Positions 56,551 to 64,000 of a stretch of 64,000 nt of DNA are shown here, piece by piece; within the stretch, counting starts at the first letter, position 1, and each line of letters opens with the position of its first letter. A model generated the notes under the pieces. That model was not told where the DNA came from. It made no database searches and worked only from the letters and a program-made list of their open reading frames with translations. Origin of the DNA: the human T2T-CHM13v2.0 reference genome, Homo sapiens; assembly GCF_009914755.1 (NCBI RefSeq), contig NC_060933.1; one strand, given 5' to 3'. A program made the position numbers and the translations under genes.

Positions 56551-56939
56551 TGGGACTGGCTTCCTGCCGGGGCGGCCCCAGAGGCTGTCCCTTGCAGACA
56601 CATGCCCCTTTCACGGCTCCCTCTCAGGGTTGGCCAGAAGGAATTTTTTTTTCCGCTCCCCCTCCTGGTCCCTCCCATTTCCTGGCTCCTCCTCTCTGAG
56701 TCCCAGCCCCGGCTTGTGCCTGGGAGTCCAGTCATCAGGCCAGGATTCCAGAGAGCGTGTGTGGCTGCAGCCTGCACCGTTGCTGCCCGCTGCCCAGGAC
56801 GCGGGGTGGGGGACAGGAGCCAGAGTGGTGCCTCCTGCAGACCAATCTGGGGCCCCAAGGTGGGGGGCCCTACAGAGATGCTCCGAGGCATGTACCTCAC
56901 TCGCAACGGGAACCTGCAGAGGCGACACACGATGAAGGA
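56521..56939 (+). CDS. RGS3: Alternative first coding exon of short RGS3 isoforms: ATG 56878 gives 192 aa (MLRGMYLTRNGNLQRRHTMKE..., RGS3S-type); ATG 56521 gives 311 aa
   Basis: Within ORF 56350..56943. GA|GTAGGT donor in phase 2 joins exon 57031 in frame across a 91-nt intron. Lengths summed from the exons. Confidence 0.85.
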
Positions 56940-57030
56940 GTAGGTGCCCTCGACCCAGCTCTCCCGACTCTGGATTTGCAGGGGCGAGTGGGCCAGGCTG
57001 AGCAACCCTCTTTTCTGCTTCTGTCCCCAG

Positions 57031-57132
57031 AGCCAAGGACATGAAGAACAAGCTGGGGATCTTCAGACGGCGGAATGAGTCCCCTGGAGCCCCTCCCGCG
57101 GGCAAGGCAGACAAAATGATGAAGTCATTCAA
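57031..57132 (+). CDS. RGS3: RGS3 coding exon (AKDMKNKLGIFRRRNESPGAPPAGKADKMMKSFK); R4-family amphipathic segment; internal ATG 57041 would give 168 aa
   Basis: ttttctgcttctgtccccag acceptor and AA|GTAGGT donor; 102 nt, phase 2/2. AKDMKNKLG resembles RGS4 AKDMKHRLG. Confidence 0.97.
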
Positions 57133-57519
57133 GTAGGTCCTCCCTGGCACCCTGGGACCCTTTGGGGAACTCACTGGCTCCCCGGGGAGTAGGACTGAGT
57201 GGTAGGGTTGAGGGGAAGGGGCTTGCCGGCTTGATCCAGCTCTGGGGGAGACAGGCTTTCACAGAGGGAGCTGGGTACCTGGCAAGCAGCTACCCTCACA
57301 GGGAGCAGCTGCCCTAGGGGGAAGGCTAGGTGGGGTGGAGATGGGGGCTGGAAGGGACCCTGGCCCCGGGAAAGAGGGTGGGCCTCCTTCCTGGGCGCCC
57401 CAGCTGGGCTCAGCTGCAGACTGGGCCCAGGGCAGTAAACAAAGGCCGCCTGGCCCAGCTTCCCCCAAGGTTCCCAAGCCTCTCAGTGCCCTCACTGTGT
57501 TTCCTCCCTCACCCCTCAG

Positions 57520-57581
57520 GCCCACCTCAGAGGAAGCCCTCAAGTGGGGCGAGTCCTTGGAGAAGCTGCTGGTTCACAAAT
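57520..57581 (+). CDS. RGS3: RGS3 coding exon, start of RGS box (PTSEEALKWGESLEKLLVHK)
   Basis: cctcag acceptor and T|GTAAGT donor; 62 nt; W-x-x-S-L-x-x-LL RGS-box motif. Confidence 0.97.
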
Positions 57582-58199
57582 GTAAGTTGGGCCTGCCTGC
57601 CCACTCCCTGTGCCCTCTCTCCCTCTCCCCTTCGCCCCCATCCAGACCCTGTGTAGCTGGTGCTAGAGAGGCCGCCTTCCCTCTCCTCGGCCGTCAGGGT
57701 GTCCTTGCTGTTGCGGAGGGGCTGAGCCTAAGCTGAGGCCCTTGGTCTGGCCTTGGAGCCAGCTTCTGCCAGCCCCTCCCCGTCCATGTGAGCTGGCACT
57801 GCCTGCCGGAGGCCCGTGGGACCTGTGTGCTCAGATCCATATTCCCAGAATAAGAATAAACATTTCTACGTACTGAGGGCTTTCACGGCGCCAAATGTGC
57901 CTGCCATCTCATGGGCAGGGTCCCATCGGCTCCTCCCAGGGCTCCGGGAGACAGAATCGATAGTCCCCATTTCACAGATGAAGACACTGAGGCATAGAGA
58001 GGGGGAGACCCCACTGAGACCCTGAAAGAGGCAGTGGCAGGGCTGGGGCCACATCCCAGGGCTCCTGGCTGTCGGGGACGGGCATTGTACTCAGCTCCCA
58101 GCACGCCCATCTTTAAAGTCCTGTAGGGGTAAGCTGAGGCATCTTAAGGGCAGGAGAGGCTGAGTTTGCCTCTTACCCCAGGATCCGTTCTCCTCACAG

Positions 58200-58366
58200 A
58201 CGGGTTAGCAGTGTTCCAAGCCTTCCTTCGCACTGAGTTCAGTGAGGAGAATCTGGAGTTCTGGTTGGCTTGTGAGGACTTCAAGAAGGTCAAGTCACAG
58301 TCCAAGATGGCATCCAAGGCCAAGAAGATCTTTGCTGAATACATCGCGATCCAGGCATGCAAGGAG
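58200..58366 (+). CDS. RGS3: RGS3 coding exon, RGS box core ([30 protein letters not shown]...IQACKE)
   Basis: ctcacag acceptor and GAG|GTAGGA donor; 167 nt; hallmark [14 protein letters not shown]. Confidence 0.98.
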
Positions 58367-58601
58367 GTAGGACCTCAGGGCAGACCCTCCGCTCCTCCAA
58401 TCCCCAGGGCCCAGTGGCCCTTCAGCTGCAAGGTGGCAGCCAGCAGCACAGGAAGGGGAGAGGCCAGAATGACTCCATGAGCCCAGGTACCCAGCAGGGA
58501 AGATGCAAGCTAGGATCAGGGGAAGAACAGAATCCCAGTTAGTAATAAAAATGGCCACCACCAAGGCACTGCCGCATGCCAGGCATGTGCTGAGCCCTTT
58601 A

Positions 58602-58969
<368 letters not shown>

Positions 58970-59368
58970 CTATGCGCAAAGCACATTATATGGATGATCT
59001 TGCTTGGTTTTCACGCTTTGAGGAATGTACTATTATTCCTAGCTGGTAGATAAGACAACTGAAGCTCACCGCACTTAAGTAATTTGCTTCAAGTCACACA
59101 CCCAGGTGTGGCACTGCTAGGATTTGAACCCAGGAAGCCTAACCCTCAGGGTGGTATTTTCAGCCTTATAAATGCTGCCAGCCCTACAGGAAATGACTGA
59201 GCCAGGACTTGAATCCTCTGGTCTGAGGGTCTCTACTTCAGATGAACCTTAAGATGTGGGGCAAAGGGGCTTGGAGGTGAGAGGCTGGATGGGTCCCTTC
59301 CAGGCACATGGGCCCTAGGGTCAGTCCCCAGCAGGCAGCCCTGACCATGTCCCCCTCTGCCTCCCCAG

Positions 59369-59554
59369 GTCAACCTGGACTCCTACACGCGGGAGCACAC
59401 CAAGGACAACCTGCAGAGCGTCACGCGGGGCTGCTTCGACCTGGCACAGAAGCGCATCTTCGGGCTCATGGAAAAGGACTCGTACCCTCGCTTTCTCCGT
59501 TCTGACCTCTACCTGGACCTTATTAACCAGAAGAAGATGAGTCCCCCGCTTTAG
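59369..59554 (+). CDS. RGS3: RGS3 last coding exon (VNLDSYTRE...[25 protein letters not shown])
   Basis: ctccccag acceptor; hallmark DSYPRFL; TAG at 59552-59554. The six exons sum to 1560 nt = 519 aa plus stop. Confidence 0.98.
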   Translation, partial: VNLDSYTREHTKDNLQSVTRGCFDLAQKRIFGLMEKDSYPRFLRSDLYLDLINQKKMSPPL

Positions 59555-59701
59555 GGGCCACTGGAGTCGAGCTCAGCGTTCACACCAGGCGGGCTGGGTC
59601 CCCTGCCCACCTGCCTCCCTGCCCCCTGTGACGGAGGGGGCAAGCAAGCCCCCAGAGGCCGTGTCTCTGGACAGACGGATAGACATACGGAAGCGAGGCC
59701 T

Positions 59702-59708
59702 GGACCAA
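59702..59708 (+). promoter_or_regulatory. miR-133 7mer-m8 seed match
   Basis: GGACCAA. Confidence 0.5.
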
Positions 59709-59766
59709 GAGAGGCCCAGGCTACTGGAGGAGTAGAAGGATGGGCCCCGTGGGGTCCCCACTGCCC

Positions 59767-59774
59767 CGGTACGA
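59767..59774 (+). promoter_or_regulatory. miR-126-3p 8mer seed match
   Basis: CGGTACGA, complementary to seed CGUACCG plus A1. Confidence 0.8.
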
Positions 59775-59973
59775 GGGGGCCCAAGACCCTGGCAGGTCAG
59801 GGGCCCTGGCCAAGCCAGATCTGGAGCTGCTGCTCCCTGCTGCGGAGACCGCGGAGGCTTCGCGTTGACCAAGTTCCTTAAAGAACTGGCTGATGGGGCA
59901 GGAGGTCCAGGCCTGGGCTCTCGGGCCCTCCTAGAGGGCCATTGGAGCTTGCAGCTCAGACCCCCACTTTGAG

Positions 59974-59990
59974 TTTTATTTATTTAAATA
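59974..59990 (+). promoter_or_regulatory. AU-rich element
   Basis: TTATTTATT nonamer (59976-59984) with two overlapping ATTTA in an otherwise GC-rich UTR. Confidence 0.7.
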
Positions 59991-60059
59991 GTAGTTGGAT
60001 GCTTGGCACGTCGTCCTGTAATAGGAAACCCTTGCCTCATCAGTTTTCCTGATTTACAA

Positions 60060-60067
60060 GTGCAATA
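60060..60067 (+). promoter_or_regulatory. miR-25/32/92/363/367 8mer seed match
   Basis: GTGCAATA in AT-rich context. Confidence 0.8.
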
Positions 60068-60307
60068 TTTTAGCCAATGCCTTGGGAGAAGCTGCCATGC
60101 AAAGGTGGACACCATTCTCCAGCTTCAGGGGATATGCTCGTCCCGGGCACCGGTGGCAGGCAGCTGGCCTTCTGGACTAAGGCAGCCTGGGGGGACACTG
60201 CAGTCTGGCTACACACAGAGATCTGGCACCCCCTGGGTGGAGTGTCCCTCGGGGGCTTTGGGAAAGCATGGCACCCTCAGACCACACAGTAGCCAAGTTC
60301 TGGAGCA

Positions 60308-60365
60308 AATAAAAGGCCTGTGTTATTTCTTGTTCTTGACCCTTTTTGTGTGTTCCTGGTCTTGA
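60308..60365 (+). terminator. Polyadenylation signal AATAAA with downstream T/GT-rich element
   Basis: AATAAA at 60308-60313 followed by tgtgttatttcttgttcttg and ttttgtgtgtt. Confidence 0.9.
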
Positions 60366-60628
60366 GCCTTCCCAGGGTGGCTGGGGCTGGGAGGGTTGGT
60401 CGTTGGGCTGTTGATTCAGCCACTGCTCTCTTGCCATCACCTGCCCCCATCCTGGAGCCCGATACACTGATACACTGGTGAGGGCTGCTCTCCCATGCCT
60501 TCCTCTGTGCCAGGCACTGTGCCACTCATCCTAGTGGTCACTGCATCTCCTCCCCAAGCCTGGGAGGTAGGGCTTATCCCCATTTTACAGATGAGGAGAT
60601 GGAAGCACAGACAGGGAAGGTCACGTAG

Positions 60629-60642
60629 CCAGCAGGTGGCAG
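60629..60642 (+). promoter_or_regulatory. Candidate CTCF site
   Basis: CCAGCAGGTGGCAG, exact match to CCASYAGRKGGCRS. Confidence 0.5.
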
Positions 60643-63600
60643 GGGTTCAGCCCAAGTCTGACTGTCTGCAAAGCCTGGGCTCTGCCGGCTACAGGATGGA
60701 GTCCTTGCTTATCGCCAGCTGGCCACATGTCTTTCAGCAAGTTCCTTCAATTCTCTGCCTCGCCACACCCTGAGGTTTGAATAGAACTTTCACGTGGTGC
60801 AGGGATGGCTGGTGAAGGTAGACGGGGCCAGAATCTCAGGAAGGGTGGTGGTGGGCTTATGGAGGCCTCTGGGCAGAAGGAACAGCTGTGGAGACAGGAG
60901 ATAGGACTCACAGAGTCTTTCTGTGGCCCTGGGTAAGGCTTTCCCCACTGTGCCTTTGTTTCCCCTCCTACCTAACAGAAGATGCGAGTTTAGGAAAGGC
61001 CCAGGGCATCCTTCAAGGGAGGACCTGGGCCACTTGCCTAGAAGTGGGCAGAAGAGGCCCAGAGTCCAGGCCAAGCTGAAGGCAAAGCTGACCCCACATA
61101 TATAACCTCCCAGGGGCCAGGGCATGGCCCAGGGTGGGGTCTGGCTCAGCAGGGCTGTCTTAGATTAAGCTAGATGGAGTTGATGCAGGAGGAGCTGGGC
61201 CCCGTCTCCTTGGATCTTGTTCCCTGCCTGGGGTCCTGCAGACTTGGAGCTGCAGACGACATGGGGCTGTACAGCTCCCTCCTCCCTGCCTGCCCTTACT
61301 CATCTCCCTGGGCAAGGCCAGCCCTGTTGGCCCCTCTGCACAGTGAGAGGATCAGAATTGTTGGTCTCTGGAGGCCTTCAGGGAGTTGGACTGAGCCCTC
61401 TTCAGGGTTACAGGGGACTAGAGCCAGGGCCTGGGTGTGGAGCAGAAGCTGAGCAGGGCTTCATCAGGAGGAAGAGGTGGGCTGTCTGACTGCCGCTCTG
61501 ACCACACCTGACTTTTCCTGCCCCGCTTGCAAATGGGACCCCTAATGCTTGCTCACCCTTGAAACCCATTTGGAAGAATCTTCTGTGCAACAACAGTAGC
61601 CTAGGTCAGCAGAGAACCCCCTTCCCTCTGCTCCCCGGCAGCCGTGGCCTCTCCTTGACTAGCCCGTACTGAGTCAGGCATGGGTTTTTCTGTCTCCAAA
61701 GGCTTTGGAATCAGGCAATCCTGGGTTTGAGTCTTGTCTTTGCTACTGACTTGCTCTGTAACCTTGGCAAGTCACTGCCCATCCCTGAGCCTGCAAAAAT
61801 GGGGATGATTCTATTGTCTTCTCAGTGCTGGGATGAACAGCCAGTGAGCCAGTTCTGCAGAAAGGTCCTAACCTGGGGCCAGGTATACCGTAGGTGCTTG
61901 ATACATGTTGGCACCAGAGGGTGAGCCCCTCCAGGAGTGGTGCTGGGTCTTTCTCCAGGACCTGGCAATGAGTGTCATTGGGCTTTATAAACTGTGAAGA
62001 GCTTTCCCACTGTAGAGATTCAGTGTCTCACAGAGGCTGGAAGGGCCTGGGAAGAGTCGTGCTTCTAATTCTGAACAAGGGCACCTTCCAGGTTTTTTCC
62101 AGGCCTGAGATTTGGGGACCTGACAGCTGGGAAAACTGGGGCCCAGGGAAGACTATAATACTACTCCCTACTCCCCCAAAATGGTAGAGGCAGTACTGGG
62201 TCTGAGCCCAGGACTTCCCTGCCTGACCTGGCCTCTCTCGCATCTTCTGCTGGGAGGAGCCACTGGGTCCACAAGGAGACCCACCTTTCCAGTTCTTTAT
62301 ATTCTAGGGATTCAGTTTAGGGCCAGGCCTTCCCTCTTCCACCTTCCCAACCTCCTGGTTCCCAGAGTTGCCATGGAAACCAAAGTCCGGGAGAACAAAG
62401 TCAGGCAGATGGAATTCCCATTTCGGAAGGCCCCACTGCCTGGTTTCCATTACTCACACCCTGGTTCCCTTGGCCTCCGAGCGGCTTTGGCTGTGCAGAG
62501 CAGCTGGAGGGCAGACTAGAAAGGCGTCTGGGTCCCCCTGCCCTGGGCCCTGCCTGGGCTCCCTGGAGGACCTTGGGTACATTCTCTGCCCGCTTAGGCC
62601 TCAGTTGCCTCATCTGTACAGTGTCATTTGGGCTGGTTCCCATTTTCTTTCACAGGAGAGGAAGGAGCAGTGCTCTCTAGTCTCTGGCAATTCCAGGCGG
62701 TCAACGTGGGATCACAGAGCTGTGATGTCATTTCAACCAGCTCCTCCCCATCCCACAGATGGGAAGACTGAGGGGAGGGAAGGGAAGCAGCACTCTTCAC
62801 TGTAGAGCTGAAGGGCCTTGGAGTCAGGCTCTGGGGCTCAGTCTCTGGCTCCACCATTTACTAATGGCTGCAAACCTTTGAAGAAGTCATGTACCCTCTC
62901 CTTCCCTCCGCTTTCTCATCTATAAATTGTGCGCATTGGCACTTACCCCAGAGTTGCAATGACTAAGCGAGGTCGTGCATGCAACAAGTTTAGTTCAGTG
63001 CATGGCGTGGGGTAGGTGCTTCATAACCGTGAGCTGCTGTTAGCGATCTCATTATTCAAGGTCACAGGTCACATTCTCCACTTGCCCAGGCCTGAGAAGA
63101 TGGGGGGGGCCTTTGGTCTCAGACCCCAGATCCTTGTCCTTCCAGGAACAGTTTTGCTGGAGGACAAAGCCAGCCAATTCCAGGGAGTAAGTGAGAAACA
63201 GCCTGTTCCCGTACTGCTGCCCAGTCTTGGCCCTGCTGGGAGCAGTTGGGGTCAGCTGGCAAATAGGTTGTGGTGGGTGGAGAGGCAAGAGGGCACAGCA
63301 GTGCCACTCAGTTGGATGCCAGCAGGAGGGGGTGCCACTCAGTTGGATGATAGCTGCCGAGGTGCCAACTGCAGCCAGGCTCCTGGTGGGAGAGTCAAGT
63401 CCCTCATGCTCTCGGCCTCTGCCATGTGAGTGACGTGCTCTCTTGACCTGTCTTGGGCCAGCTATGGCCTCCCAGACTCTCCAGCTTGGAAGAGACCATT
63501 GAGTCTAAACTGCTGCCCAGCACTTAGGACCCCAGAGTTTCTGCTTGATTCCTTCCATGATGGAGCTCAGGAGGGCCTGGGAGCCCCTTGGGGGTTCCAA

Positions 63601-64000
63601 AGTTCTCTCCATCTGAAGTCGGGTCCTGGGGCAGGGTGGGGAAGGAGGGATAGGTTAGTCCTACCCCTGCAGGTCTCCTGCCCAGGCAGCCACCTCTGGA
63701 CCCACCAGATTCTCCAGCTTCACTCCTCCCTGCTCCTCTCGCTTGCACCAAACTCTCAGCTCCCCACCCTACCTCCCTGCCTCTGCACCCCCTTGTCCCT
63801 TAACCTACTGTCCCCTCCCCAAACTCTTCCCACTGACATCCCACCCCTGAAGGCCTCTCTGCTTCACCTCCCTTCCTGCCCAAACCTCAGGCTCCTGGCG
63901 ACTCCTCCACAGCCCCACCGCTCCCTCAGAGCTCTCAGGCCCTCAAGCAATGGACCTGACAGGGGTCTCAAAGAAGCCACCTGTTGGTTGTTGTTTTGCT

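Larger units (their letters stand above)
59555..60340 (+). other. RGS3: RGS3 3' UTR (end approximate)
   Basis: Runs from the stop codon to just past AATAAA 60308-60313. Confidence 0.85.

Noticed and set aside
56469-57174. Long antisense ORFs over the short-isoform exon
   Set aside because: Shadow ORFs in GC-rich coding sequence; no independent support for an antisense gene from sequence alone.
63301-63372. Repeat-spacer pattern resembling a CRISPR array (also 46117-46490)
   Set aside because: Human DNA, too few or degenerate units, a 13-nt spacer and no cas genes.

Overview
This is mammalian genomic DNA with primate-specific Alu elements. I recognise it as the 3' ~60 kb of the human RGS3 gene (regulator of G-protein signalling 3) on the + strand. 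Six GT-AG coding exons (46051-47028, 53934-53998, 57031-57132, 57520-57581, 58200-58366, 59369-59554) splice to 1560 nt, or 519 aa: a Pro-rich hexapeptide repeat, an acidic tract and a C-terminal R4-type RGS box. The 3' UTR carries miR-126, miR-25/92 and miR-133 seed matches, an ARE and AATAAA at 60308. The window also holds an alternative terminal exon for an RGS-less isoform (3918-4025), probable internal promoters or first exons (~27.5-28.3 kb, ~43.5 kb, ~56.4 kb) and a uORF-rich 5'-UTR exon (44673-44843). The rest is intron with 19 Alu copies or fragments, old L1/L2/MIR remnants, MER5-like and two MADE1 elements, and microsatellites. Almost all ORFs in the supplied track are spurious, and there is no prokaryote-type system. 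The most interesting candidate is an alternative first exon ending at 50916. It has two open frames, each splicing in frame to a different downstream RGS3 acceptor. One frame places a Cys where RGS4/5/16 have their palmitoylated Cys12; the other creates a Met-Cys-Lys N-terminus like the oxygen-sensing N-degron of RGS4/5. The second candidate is an ATF4-like uORF layout ahead of the 519-aa start. Both are inferences, and I cannot check whether they are already annotated. Exon coordinates were counted by hand; repeat boundaries and subfamilies are approximate.
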